A stretch of DNA of 64,000 nucleotides, from IMG/VR virus record IMGVR_UViG_3300020469_005214, positions 64,001-128,000 of that record; one strand, given 5' to 3'. Source of the stretch: a virus. Each line of letters opens with the position of its first letter. The first letter of the stretch is position 1. Position numbers and translations under genes: made by a program. Positions 10,360-20,285 of this stretch are shown here, piece by piece. Under the pieces are notes generated by a model that was not told the origin of the DNA, ran no database searches, and saw only the letters and a program-made list of their open reading frames with translations.

Positions 10360-11123
10360 TGAAGTTGTATTTTGATCACATTTGCGGCAAGCAGGCAGAT
10401 CATGATTTTTTACACTGTTTAGTCAGCGCCATAGTTGAAAAAGATGAAGAACAAGAAGCTCTAGATAAAGGCTGGTGTCCTTCAAACATATGGTATAATC
10501 AAGAGACTAACTTCTTAAAAGACAATAAAATAATTTGGTATCAGAGCCGTCAGGCTAGATTAAATTTAAGCAAGCATAAAAAAGTAAATAAAGAGACTAA
10601 ATGCTGGAAAAGAATAGAGAAACACGGTATAGATATAGAAGTTACAAAAAATCCTGACTTTACAAAGCTATATAAAATTTATTTAAAATATGTAAATTAC
10701 AAAAAATTTACCGACGTTTTACCAGAACAAGATTTCTATGATGTTTATAATACAGGTAATGACATCTACATACTATATGGAGATATAGCGTTTACTACTA
10801 CAGAAATAGTTGGCAACAGTTTAATAGCTCATCAATTTTGTTGGGATTATGCGAACCCATCTTTAGGTTTGGGTAGGTTTTCTACATATAGAGAAATTGC
10901 ATTGGCTAAAGATTTAAATTTAAAATATCTTTACATGGGTCCAAGCTATGAAAGCCACGCTGAATATAAGAGTTCATTTCTTGGTTTTGAATTTTGGACT
11001 GGTAGAGAATGGTGTACCGATAAAGAAATATTTAATAATTTGACAAAAAATGATGAGCGAATAGATTCTGTAAAAAATATCACAGAATATTATAATGATT
11101 ATTTTAAATTATTAAGTGTTTAG
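10359..11123 (+). CDS. ATE/Bpt-like aminoacyl-tRNA protein transferase
   Basis: ALDKGW N-terminal motif; D..P.LGLGRFS..REI..AK..NLKYLYMG....YK..F matches the ATE C-terminal domain. Confidence 0.7.
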   Translation: MKLYFDHICGKQADHDFLHCLVSAIVEKDEEQEALDKGWCPSNIWYNQETNFLKDNKIIWYQSRQARLNLSKHKKVNKETKCWKRIEKHGIDIEVTKNPDFTKLYKIYLKYVNYKKFTDVLPEQDFYDVYNTGNDIYILYGDIAFTTTEIVGNSLIAHQFCWDYANPSLGLGRFSTYREIALAKDLNLKYLYMGPSYESHAEYKSSFLGFEFWTGREWCTDKEIFNNLTKNDERIDSVKNITEYYNDYFKLLSV

Positions 11124-11161
11124 CCTTGACAGTCAATATACCTTATGGTATATTATTTTAT

Positions 11162-11449
11162 ATGCAGGATAAAGTATTAAAAAATAAAGAAGATACCTCG
11201 ATAATAGAGATCAACAGTGCGGTTGATTTGTCTAAACACAGATCAAACTCTCTAATTGTAGCTAAAATTGACAAGTCTGTTTTAGAAAACGAAGAAATGT
11301 ATAATGCTATGCGAAAACTTTTCGACGATCTAAGATTAAAGGTTGACATTGATGATAGTACTCATTTTATTATTACCGCCGAAGATGTTGACATTCATTC
11401 TTGGACTGAAAAAGAACTTTCTGAAATCGGTTGGTCTAAGAACAAATAA
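11162..11449 (+). CDS. hypothetical protein
   Basis: Start moved to ATG 11162 because the track's TTG at 11126 is the -35 box TTGACA. Confidence 0.6.
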   Translation: MQDKVLKNKEDTSIIEINSAVDLSKHRSNSLIVAKIDKSVLENEEMYNAMRKLFDDLRLKVDIDDSTHFIITAEDVDIHSWTEKELSEIGWSKNK

Positions 11450-11457
11450 GCTTATTA

Positions 11458-12051
11458 ATGATTAGAGCAATCTTTCAGTCTACAGGTTTCGAGTCTGGCG
11501 AGTTTGGCAAAAAAGGTAGCTATATCTTTTCTGACATATCCGAAGATAACGAACCGCTTGCCGATAAATACGTTTTCTCACAGCTAAAATGTATTAAAAG
11601 GCTAAAACCTAAAAAGGGTGACGTGTTTCAATTTGACGCAGAGCTAGATTATGAGAATGGATTGAAGATAAAAAGACCTAAAAACTTGGTCAAAGTAGAC
11701 TTATCACACCTTAAAGATGGTTATGAGTATTGTATTACTAAGTTTTTAAAAGAGAGCAGGGTTTTAACAAAAGAAGATTCTAGAAACGAGAAGGTAGCAT
11801 ACATTAGAATGACTACTCTTTTTGGAGAAAAATTATTTAGATACATAACATTATCATTTAAGCTAAATTCCCTTCACTGGTTTACCACTGAAGATGGTTT
11901 GAAGTTTTGTAAAGAACAGAAAATCGAAATGGATAAATCCAATAAAGACATTATTATTCATAAGGAAGAGGTTAAGCTTGAAAAAAACAAGATTGGTGAT
12001 GATATACATACAAACAATAAGAAAAAAGATTTAATTGGATTTTTAAAATAA
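11458..12051 (+). CDS. hypothetical protein
   Basis: 197-aa ORF in the operon. Confidence 0.6.
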   Translation: MIRAIFQSTGFESGEFGKKGSYIFSDISEDNEPLADKYVFSQLKCIKRLKPKKGDVFQFDAELDYENGLKIKRPKNLVKVDLSHLKDGYEYCITKFLKESRVLTKEDSRNEKVAYIRMTTLFGEKLFRYITLSFKLNSLHWFTTEDGLKFCKEQKIEMDKSNKDIIIHKEEVKLEKNKIGDDIHTNNKKKDLIGFLK

Positions 12052-12058
12052 AATAATT

Positions 12059-13171
12059 ATGGCAGTAAAGAAAACAAAAAAGAAAGCCGAGGGCTTGGCA
12101 CCAGAAGAGTTGTTGACTCAAGCTCTCAAAGATAATAAGGCGGATCATTATAATTTTGAAAACACGACTTATTATGAAATAAGTCAAGGAAGTCTGCTTT
12201 TAGACTTGCATGTTGGAAAAATTACCCCTGGAGTTGTTCGACATGTTGGCGTCTCACGAGGAGGAAAAACCTCTCAAATGCTTGAAGATTTAAAACAATT
12301 CCTAAAAGCTATGCCAGATGGAAGAGGATTTTGGGTTCTTGCCGAAGGAAGGTTAAGCGAGAAGATTAAAAAACGCTCTGGATTGAATTTTGTTTATAAT
12401 CCAGAAGACTGGATTGATGGCTCTGTATTTGTATTAGAGTCAAATGTTTATGAATTGGTTTTTGATACCATCAGAAAATTGTTGAAAAACAATCCGTTTA
12501 ATAAGAAGTATTTTTTTGTTATTGACTCTACAAACGGTCTTAAAAGCAAGGCAGATTTAGAAAAAGGAAGTAGCGAAGCAACCAAAGTTGCTGGTGGTGC
12601 AGTAATGACCTCTGATTTTCTTAGCAGGGTAACACTTGCAATGACTAAATTTGGACATATTCTTGGTGTTATTGGTCAGGTTAGAGCTAAACCCAAAATT
12701 AATCAGTATGAAAAACAAGATCCGTCTTTATCTAATGCAACTGGAGGCAATGCATTAGACCATTACCCAAACATTTTTCTCCAATATGAGCCTAGATATA
12801 AATCAGACATCATTGGCGATCCGACTGATCCACTTGGTCATTGGGCTAAAGTAATTGTCGTCAAAACCGACAATGAAAAAACTACTGTTGTTAAATATCC
12901 TATCAAATATGATCAAGATGGCAAGGGGGGTTCTGTTTGGAGAGAGTACGAAATCGCTGATTTAATGCTCCAATGGGGAATGTTGACTAAAGCAGGCGCT
13001 TGGCTTAAAATGTGTAGCAATTTAGTTAAAGAATTAAGCGAACAGGGATTTATCGAAACAAGCGAAGAAGAGTTCTCTATTCAAGGCATGGACAAACTTC
13101 GTGAATGGTTAGAGCAAAATAGTGAGCTCACCGATTATATGTTTAACAAATTCGAGAAGCTCCTTGCTTGA
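12059..13171 (+). CDS. recA: RecA/UvsX-like recombinase
   Basis: Walker A GVSRGGKTS, FVIDS Walker B, GQVR, TGGNALDHY, GAW. Confidence 0.85.
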   Translation: MAVKKTKKKAEGLAPEELLTQALKDNKADHYNFENTTYYEISQGSLLLDLHVGKITPGVVRHVGVSRGGKTSQMLEDLKQFLKAMPDGRGFWVLAEGRLSEKIKKRSGLNFVYNPEDWIDGSVFVLESNVYELVFDTIRKLLKNNPFNKKYFFVIDSTNGLKSKADLEKGSSEATKVAGGAVMTSDFLSRVTLAMTKFGHILGVIGQVRAKPKINQYEKQDPSLSNATGGNALDHYPNIFLQYEPRYKSDIIGDPTDPLGHWAKVIVVKTDNEKTTVVKYPIKYDQDGKGGSVWREYEIADLMLQWGMLTKAGAWLKMCSNLVKELSEQGFIETSEEEFSIQGMDKLREWLEQNSELTDYMFNKFEKLLA

Positions 13172-13569
13172 AGATTAAAAATATATTTGGAAAACAAGTC
13201 AGTAAGTCTTTTGAGAAGTACAAAATAGATTGGGATAGAAAAGTATCAAATCCCCAAAAAAGAGTAAAAGACATTATTAAAAATTATTGGCTTGGATCAG
13301 ATTGTTATGAGGAACTTTATATTCCAAATAGCAAGCTGAGAATAGACCTATTCAATGCTTCGGATAAAATTGTTATCGAAGTGTCGCCTTTACAACATCA
13401 GCAATACAATGATTTTCTACACGGATCTAGATTGAATTATCTTGAAGCTCAAAAAAGAGACTTACAGAAAATAGATTGGTGCCATATAAATAATTTTAAA
13501 TATATTGAGATTGACGAACAAGATTTGAAGGGCAACGATGAAGATATATTGAGTAAAATATTGAGTTAA
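13168..13569 (+). CDS. PD-(D/E)XK / DUF559-like endonuclease
   Basis: EE...LRIDL....IVIEV...QH....RD..K..WC pattern. Confidence 0.65.
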   Translation: MKIKNIFGKQVSKSFEKYKIDWDRKVSNPQKRVKDIIKNYWLGSDCYEELYIPNSKLRIDLFNASDKIVIEVSPLQHQQYNDFLHGSRLNYLEAQKRDLQKIDWCHINNFKYIEIDEQDLKGNDEDILSKILS

Positions 13570-13583
13570 TAATTTAATTTATT

Positions 13584-14021
13584 ATGTTATTTAAAATCAT
13601 AGGTTCCACGAGAAAGATTAATCGCGATTTAAGAGATCAAACAATAGACTGGGACAATAAAATAAAGAGGGGTGGCAAAAAAAACTTTGGACAATTTCAG
13701 TATGACGTAAAACAGCTTTTGAGACCTCATTGGGAATTGCATGTAGTAAACGAAGAGTTCGTTATTCCCGCCAGAAGAAGTGAAAGAGGCAGGAGCATTG
13801 ATTTTGTTAATTTTACAAAAAGAATTTGCGTTGAAGTCGATGGTGTGCAACATAATAAAAAAAGTTGGTGTCACGAAAATAAATATCAATTTTTCAAACA
13901 ACTTCGTAACGATAACTGGAAAGAACAATGGGCAGAACTCAATGATTTTAAAATGTTTAGAATTTACGAAACAGATGAATTAAATGATGAATTATTGTAT
14001 AAACTTGGAATTATTTCTTGA
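13584..14021 (+). CDS. PD-(D/E)XK / DUF559-like endonuclease (paralog of preceding gene)
   Basis: EEF...SIDF....ICVEVDGVQH....ND..K..W pattern. Confidence 0.7.
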   Translation: MLFKIIGSTRKINRDLRDQTIDWDNKIKRGGKKNFGQFQYDVKQLLRPHWELHVVNEEFVIPARRSERGRSIDFVNFTKRICVEVDGVQHNKKSWCHENKYQFFKQLRNDNWKEQWAELNDFKMFRIYETDELNDELLYKLGIIS

Positions 14022-14050
14022 CTTTATCAAAAAACATGTTAAATTAACTT

Positions 14051-14245
14051 ATGAAAAACAAAGAAAAGCTTAAAAAGGTTAATCTCCTCTTAAACGAAAT
14101 GAAAGTTTTTGTTGCTTATTTAGAAGATATCCTCAAAGACCTACAAACAAGAGATTCTGAATCAGAATCTTGCGATAGACCTTGGGGAGCAATAAAAAAT
14201 CGTGCAAAATCTTTTAGAAATAGTCTTTTAGAATTCTATCGATAA
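14051..14245 (+). CDS. hypothetical protein
   Basis: Directly follows a TTGACT promoter. Confidence 0.55.
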   Translation: MKNKEKLKKVNLLLNEMKVFVAYLEDILKDLQTRDSESESCDRPWGAIKNRAKSFRNSLLEFYR

Positions 14246-14281
14246 GCTTCTCTAGAACCCCCTCAAAGTGTAATACTAATT

Positions 14282-15577
14282 ATGGAAAAAAAATTAATCG
14301 AAAAATGCGTTTCCATGTTCCGAGATGGAGCAGGAAAAATGGAAGTAGTTAGACTAATCATGGAATGGACTGGGCTAAAAGAAACTGCCGCGAGAAGCAG
14401 AGCCACCAATATCTGGAATAATGAGTTTGACGAAGAATATATTCCAGTTCCAAATCGTGGACAGGAGGATTTCAAATCTGAGGATAATGGCTTCAAAAGT
14501 GGCGGAACAAGGTTTGATCAAAGTGACGAAAATAATGCAACAGCTGAATCTAAAGACGACAATGTAAGAACTTTAGATGATTTGTTAAAAATCTGTAATG
14601 TTGATTTAGAGTATTGGGAAGTCGAAAGACATATTATCAACAAATGGGAAGTTGCCGCTAAAGACAATGTAGGTGAACTTCGTCATTCTCCGCTTTATCA
14701 AGTAAAAGCTTGGTTAAAGAAGCGTGAAGTTAAAAACGCAGAAGAGGTTGTAAATTATTTCAATGAATCCTTACAAACTATTTCCCCTAAAGTTCAAAAA
14801 AGAAATGCTGGCGGTAAATATATGTATGAGATTTCTATACCCGATCTTCATTTGGCTAAACTCGGATGGGAGCAAGAATCTGGACAAGACTACGATATTA
14901 GTATTGCCGCTGACTTATTTCGTTCGGCAGTACAAAACCTTTTGAGCAAAGTAAATTTAGACGAAGTATCTAAGGTTCTTTTTCCAGTTGGTAATGACTT
15001 TTTTAACTCAGAGGGTCTTTCTGGGGCTACTACTGCTGGAACTAGACAAGATGATGACTCTAGATGGCAAAAGTCTTTCAGCATCGGTTGTAATTTAATT
15101 GCAGAGGTTGTTGATGAATTATCTAAAATAGTTAACGTAGACATTGTTATTGTTCAAGGAAATCATGATTTCGAAAGAGATTATTATCTTGGCGAATTTT
15201 TAAGGGCTTGGTATAAAACTAACGAAGCAGTAAGTATAAATAACAGCCCTAAGTCTCGAAAGTATGTTGAATTTGGAGAGAATCTTATCTTATTTACTCA
15301 TGGAAACGAAGAAAAACAAAGTGAGCTTCCTTTGTTAATGGCTACCGAGCATCCTAGTTTTTCAAAATGTAAATTTAGAACAGCACATTTGGGACACCTT
15401 CATCAAACAAGAGTTTTAGAAAATAAAGGGGTTACAGTAAAAATTCTACCATCTCTTTGTGCTACTGATGCATGGCATAAAATTAAGGGTTTTTGTGGTA
15501 ATAGAAGATCTGCTATGGGCTTTTTATATGACCCAGTTTATGGCGAGATAGCAAATTATTACTATAACGTAGTTTAA
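14282..15577 (+). CDS. calcineurin-like metallophosphoesterase
   Basis: DLH, GND, GNHD, THG and GHLH motifs. Confidence 0.85.
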   Translation: MEKKLIEKCVSMFRDGAGKMEVVRLIMEWTGLKETAARSRATNIWNNEFDEEYIPVPNRGQEDFKSEDNGFKSGGTRFDQSDENNATAESKDDNVRTLDDLLKICNVDLEYWEVERHIINKWEVAAKDNVGELRHSPLYQVKAWLKKREVKNAEEVVNYFNESLQTISPKVQKRNAGGKYMYEISIPDLHLAKLGWEQESGQDYDISIAADLFRSAVQNLLSKVNLDEVSKVLFPVGNDFFNSEGLSGATTAGTRQDDDSRWQKSFSIGCNLIAEVVDELSKIVNVDIVIVQGNHDFERDYYLGEFLRAWYKTNEAVSINNSPKSRKYVEFGENLILFTHGNEEKQSELPLLMATEHPSFSKCKFRTAHLGHLHQTRVLENKGVTVKILPSLCATDAWHKIKGFCGNRRSAMGFLYDPVYGEIANYYYNVV

Positions 15578-15617
15578 TTTTACTTGACTAGTAACAAAAC
15601 TACTGTAGAATTACCAT

Positions 15618-17096
15618 ATGCCAAAAGTTATCAGCGGTCCAAGTGACCAAAGTTTAGAGCGTAAATTTTTAGGAGGACTAATCCACAATGGGGTTGATGT
15701 CTGGATCGATATTTGCGACTTTATAAAAGAAGAAGACTTCACAAATAGTGGAGTTAGGATGTTGTTTAAGGTTTGTAGACTTCTTTTAGAAGAAAACAAA
15801 ACTCTAGATTCAGCTATCATATCTTCACGTTGCAAATCTCAGGGTATTACGATTCACGAGGGCAACATCGGTGATTTCATAGAAAATCTTTTGATTTCAC
15901 CCTTGAATGTAAAGTCAAGTGTTGAGGCGGCACAAGAGCTGATAATGCTTAGGATTCGTCGCAATAAAATAGAAAATGCTAGAGATATTGCTAAATTTTC
16001 TAAAGACTTTGAAGGAACCAATTTATCAGATTTTGCCAGTGGAGCTGAAGAAATCTTCTCTGGTGGCAACGATATTGTTCTCGACAAACACGAGCCAATT
16101 AATATCGCTCAAAGTGCCTATGAAATTGTAGAAGAACTTGGCAATAACGATGGAGAATACGTCATTAAGAGCCCTTGGCCTACCTTTAACGCCGCTTTCT
16201 CTGGCTTTAGACCCAAGGACTCATACTGCATAGCAGGAAGACCCTCACACGGCAAATCTGGAGTTCTACTTTCCCTCGCACAGTTTTGTGCCAATGAAAT
16301 TGAAGACAATTTTGTTGATGGGAAAAAACTACCAGTGTTATATTTAGATACTGAGATGGATGCCCAAGAACAGACTCTTAGATGGGCGGCGATGGTAGCT
16401 GATATCGATCCTTATTTGGTAGAAAGTGGCAAATGGAGAAATAATAAAGATTGTGTAGAAAAGATTAGAAATGTCCTTAAAGACAAGTCTTCTACTGACA
16501 ACTTTCATCACGTTTATGTGCCAGGTCTTTCGGCAATGGAAATTCGTTCTATTTTTCGTCGATGGGTTAGAAAAACTTGTGGTCGAGATAACGTAGGAAT
16601 TGTAGTTTTTGATTATCTAAAAATCACTGGAGAAGAGCTTAAGGGGGCATCAAATCCAAGACTTGAAATGGGCTATAAGCTTGATATGCTTAAGGATGAA
16701 ATTAAAGATAACTCTAACTGTACTTTTCTTTTTGGAGCACAAAGAAATAGATATGGGGAAGATGATGATAGTTCTATCGCAGAGTCAGATTATATTCAGC
16801 AACTTTCCACTTGGACTGGTCTGATTAAAAAGAAATCTATGGCTGAACTTGCAGAACAGCCAGCAAATGAATTCGGCACCCACATGTTAATACCTACAAA
16901 ATTTAGAAAGCTTGGTAAGGATGGTCAAAACTTTGAAAATCCAGTCAGAATTGAAGGAAAGTATTTGAGAAATTGGATCAATCTTGATTTCTCTAATTTT
17001 AGATTTAGAGATATGGACGACGGTAGGGCGGTTCAAGATTACTTAAGTTTGATTTCTTCTAATGGTGGGGATAACAACAGAAGACCGATGCCATAA
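15618..17096 (+). CDS. dnaB: DnaB-like replicative helicase
   Basis: AGRPSHGKS Walker A, LDTEM, VFDYL, AQRNR. Confidence 0.9.
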   Translation: MPKVISGPSDQSLERKFLGGLIHNGVDVWIDICDFIKEEDFTNSGVRMLFKVCRLLLEENKTLDSAIISSRCKSQGITIHEGNIGDFIENLLISPLNVKSSVEAAQELIMLRIRRNKIENARDIAKFSKDFEGTNLSDFASGAEEIFSGGNDIVLDKHEPINIAQSAYEIVEELGNNDGEYVIKSPWPTFNAAFSGFRPKDSYCIAGRPSHGKSGVLLSLAQFCANEIEDNFVDGKKLPVLYLDTEMDAQEQTLRWAAMVADIDPYLVESGKWRNNKDCVEKIRNVLKDKSSTDNFHHVYVPGLSAMEIRSIFRRWVRKTCGRDNVGIVVFDYLKITGEELKGASNPRLEMGYKLDMLKDEIKDNSNCTFLFGAQRNRYGEDDDSSIAESDYIQQLSTWTGLIKKKSMAELAEQPANEFGTHMLIPTKFRKLGKDGQNFENPVRIEGKYLRNWINLDFSNFRFRDMDDGRAVQDYLSLISSNGGDNNRRPMP

Positions 17097-17108
17097 TTAA
17101 AATTTTTT

Positions 17109-18098
17109 ATGTCAAACGTTAAGCAAATTCTTAGAAATCATGGGATCAAAATAGTCAGCGAGAACGATTCGGGTTTCGCTCAGTTTTGTCCGTCCTATCG
17201 AAACTCTAAAAATCCGATGGGAGCTTCTATCAATCTTAAGACTGGTTGGGTTACTGATTGGAGTCAGGATGAAAGGTTTTCATTAGATGTTTTAATTAAA
17301 AAACTCGGAGGTAAGGCACTTTCAAAAAAAGACCTAGAAAATTTACAGCCAGTATTCGAACAATCTGATGAAAAAGAAAAGACGTTTTGGAAAAAAGATT
17401 CTCTTATACATTTTTTACCAAACCATACTTACTGGCTAGATAGAGGGGTATCTAAAGAGACTCTAGACTTTTTTCAAGGCGGAGTATCTCACAGTGGTAA
17501 ATTGTATCAGCGTTACGTATGGCCAGTTTTTGATCGTCACCAAAGAATTATTGGTTTTACAGGCAGAGATTTGAGTGGAGAGGCTAAAATTAAATATAAG
17601 CACGAGGGAAAAAGTTCTTATTTTCTTTTTGGTTTATTTAATAAGCTTGCCGATTCTACTCCTATACTTTCTAGCATTTTAGAAACTAATGAAGTTATTC
17701 TTGTCGAGGGGCCATCGGATTCAGTTGCTTGTTATGACGAGGGGGTTAAATTTGTAATCCCAACAATTGGCTTGAATATTTCTAAAACACTACTGAGTTT
17801 TCTCATAGGAATAAATCCAGATAAAATTACTATCTCTTATAATAGGGATGATAACTTTTCGGGTCAAAATGCGGCTGTTAAAAACTTTGCAAAACTAGCA
17901 CAACACTTCGACATCAAAAACTTGGCTATTAAGTACCCAACAGGCAATGATCTAGCAGATAATAAAAAAGATATTCAAAGTTGGGTTGATAAGAATGACG
18001 ATTCTGCCATATTAGAGTTTCGAGAAAAATTTAAAAGATTAAAAAACAAAAATAAAAATATGACCCAACAAGAAATTAAAGTGGGAAAAATGTTTTAA
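17109..18098 (+). CDS. DnaG-like (TOPRIM) primase
   Basis: IIGFTGR, KY, LVEGPSD and NRDD..G motifs; follows the helicase. Confidence 0.85.
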   Translation: MSNVKQILRNHGIKIVSENDSGFAQFCPSYRNSKNPMGASINLKTGWVTDWSQDERFSLDVLIKKLGGKALSKKDLENLQPVFEQSDEKEKTFWKKDSLIHFLPNHTYWLDRGVSKETLDFFQGGVSHSGKLYQRYVWPVFDRHQRIIGFTGRDLSGEAKIKYKHEGKSSYFLFGLFNKLADSTPILSSILETNEVILVEGPSDSVACYDEGVKFVIPTIGLNISKTLLSFLIGINPDKITISYNRDDNFSGQNAAVKNFAKLAQHFDIKNLAIKYPTGNDLADNKKDIQSWVDKNDDSAILEFREKFKRLKNKNKNMTQQEIKVGKMF

Positions 18099-18105
18099 TA
18101 GCAAA

Positions 18106-18363
18106 ATGATTATATTAATTAAAATAATAATAACTTATATATTGGTTGGATTTCTTTTTTGTATATCCGAAACAAGATATAGAAACTATCTGCTATTAAA
18201 ACTAAGTATGAGGTCTTTGAAAGGTGAAGAATATGATCATATGCAAGAGATGTCTAAATTATATTTAGAAAAAGTTCCTTATAGTCGCTTAAGAGGGATA
18301 AGTTCTTTGTTTTTCGCTCCAGTTTTGATAGCTTATATAATGATTCGTTATGGAAAAAAATAA
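18106..18363 (+). CDS. small membrane protein
   Basis: Two hydrophobic segments. Confidence 0.55.
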   Translation: MIILIKIIITYILVGFLFCISETRYRNYLLLKLSMRSLKGEEYDHMQEMSKLYLEKVPYSRLRGISSLFFAPVLIAYIMIRYGKK

Positions 18364-18841
18364 AACTAAATTAGGTATATTCTGTTCTTCTTCTTTTAAA
18401 AACTACCCTTTTATTGAAGGAATTTTAAATAAAAAGGTCGAAGAAATTGGATTGATTATTTCTAATAATTCTGGTTATAAATTACCAGAGAAATATTCTT
18501 GCGAAAAAAATATTCCAATGCTGTCTTACCCGATTGGTAAAAATTTAAATGCACTAAAGGCTAACGAACTTATAATTAAAGCTTCTGATTGCGTTTTAAT
18601 TATTGATGATGGTAATTCTAAAAATAATCATACGGTTCAAAAAAAGTGCAAGGTAATAAACAAAAAGTTTACATTTATTAACGCTCCAATTGAAGATACA
18701 ATTTTAGATGCGGTCAAAGATTTCTTTGATACATTTGAAAAGTCTAAGGAAGACGATTTTAAAGATTGGGTTTGCGGTTCAAAAAGAGGTTTTGACAAGT
18801 TAATAAAATTGCAGGAAAAATACCAAAAGCTGATCAAATAA
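18350..18841 (+). CDS. degenerate SLOG (DUF2493/YspA-like) protein
   Basis: Pattern SSSFKNY / IIS / EKY..EKNIP / N..II..SD..LI.DDGNSK. Confidence 0.5.
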   Translation: MEKNKTKLGIFCSSSFKNYPFIEGILNKKVEEIGLIISNNSGYKLPEKYSCEKNIPMLSYPIGKNLNALKANELIIKASDCVLIIDDGNSKNNHTVQKKCKVINKKFTFINAPIEDTILDAVKDFFDTFEKSKEDDFKDWVCGSKRGFDKLIKLQEKYQKLIK

Positions 18842-18843
18842 TC

Positions 18844-19875
18844 ATGAGTGATAAAAAAGAATTCGCTCTTTCGCCTAGTCGTATAATGAGTTATTTGAAG
18901 TGTTCATATGTATACTATATGGAAAACACACTTATGTTAGATAGTGGCAAGAATTTTGGTAATATGAGAGGGAGCGTTCTCCATGATGCATGTGAACTTT
19001 TGATTAGAGAAAAATATAAAGACAGGGTTCAGAAAATTATTGATAACGGTAGCGTATCAAGCGATGATGCTATCATCAGATATTTAAGAATTAAAGCGTA
19101 TCAACAAGGAATAAGAGACGAGTTTGACCATAAGGGCAATAATAATTTTGAAATGATTTGCGATATGCTATATGTTGTTCTTTCGAATGACTTTTATTGC
19201 GAAGGTTGGGATATAGATTATGACAATCTTGAGGTTAAATTCACACTTAGAAGCGAGAAGCCAGAATACGTAATTCGCGGTCTGATTGATAAGCCAGTCA
19301 AAAAGGATGGAGTATACAAGATTTTAGATTACAAATCTAGTCAGTCCAAAAAATCTAAAAAAGATTTAGAAATGGAAATACAGGCTTTGTGTTACATTTT
19401 GTATTGTATTAGGGGCTTGAAAGCTAAGGATGCTACCGTAGACTTTGTTTTTGCTCGCTTTCCAGATGACCCAATAGATCGCATTGAAAATATATCCAAA
19501 AAAGAATTACAAGGATTTGAGCATTACTTATCAGACTTATATTTTCATTTGAAAAATTTCGACGAGGACAGGGCATCAGAAAATCTTGCGGCAGACCTGG
19601 GATATACTAAAGATGGCGGATTCGAAGGCAGAGTTATGTGCGGATATGCTCAGTATGAGGGACATTGCTACCCAGAAACACACAAGGACAAAGACAAAAG
19701 AGGTAAGCCATATTACTGTTGCCCATACAAATTTGAATTTACTTATTATTCTCAAAGAGATGCCGATGGAAATATTATAAAATCTAGTAAAAATTTAGAG
19801 AATTTAGAAGAAGTCGGAAAATATTATATTACAGAAGAACACCATGATGGGTGTCCCGCATTTAAATCTATTTGA
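18844..19875 (+). CDS. PD-(D/E)XK RecB/Cas4-like exonuclease
   Basis: LSPSRI..Y..C, GSVLH, E..F, RGLID, ILDYKS, Q...Y and C-terminal Cys residues. Confidence 0.85.
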   Translation: MSDKKEFALSPSRIMSYLKCSYVYYMENTLMLDSGKNFGNMRGSVLHDACELLIREKYKDRVQKIIDNGSVSSDDAIIRYLRIKAYQQGIRDEFDHKGNNNFEMICDMLYVVLSNDFYCEGWDIDYDNLEVKFTLRSEKPEYVIRGLIDKPVKKDGVYKILDYKSSQSKKSKKDLEMEIQALCYILYCIRGLKAKDATVDFVFARFPDDPIDRIENISKKELQGFEHYLSDLYFHLKNFDEDRASENLAADLGYTKDGGFEGRVMCGYAQYEGHCYPETHKDKDKRGKPYYCCPYKFEFTYYSQRDADGNIIKSSKNLENLEEVGKYYITEEHHDGCPAFKSI

Positions 19876-19911
19876 TATTCTCTTTTTCGCGTAAAATCTG
19901 TAATATTATGT

Positions 19912-20265
19912 ATGAGGGTTTTATTTCTTATTTTGCTCTTAACTGGTTGTGCAACAAAAAATCAGCCTCCTAGAAATATATTTTTTTATGAAATCCCAAA
20001 CACTGGCAGTATGGAGCCAGCATTATCTGGAGGCGATATTGTTTACATAGATTCTTCGTTTGAGTATAAAGATCTCAAAATTGGGGACGTGGTAGCTTAT
20101 CGTGATGATAAATATGGTATGAGTAATGGTATTTTACATAGAATTGTAAAAAATTCTCCGCCCAAAGAGTGGGTAGTTAAAGGAGATAATAACAGAGACG
20201 TTGACAGGTATAATCTTAATGAAGAAAGTTATCATGGTAAATTAATTAGGGTTGATTTTAAGTAA
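19912..20265 (+). CDS. S26 signal-peptidase-like lipoprotein
   Basis: Lipobox LTGC; TGSMEP, GDVV, LHRIV and KGDNN..D. Confidence 0.8.
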   Translation: MRVLFLILLLTGCATKNQPPRNIFFYEIPNTGSMEPALSGGDIVYIDSSFEYKDLKIGDVVAYRDDKYGMSNGILHRIVKNSPPKEWVVKGDNNRDVDRYNLNEESYHGKLIRVDFK

Positions 20266-20285
20266 TTATATTTGATCATAACTTT

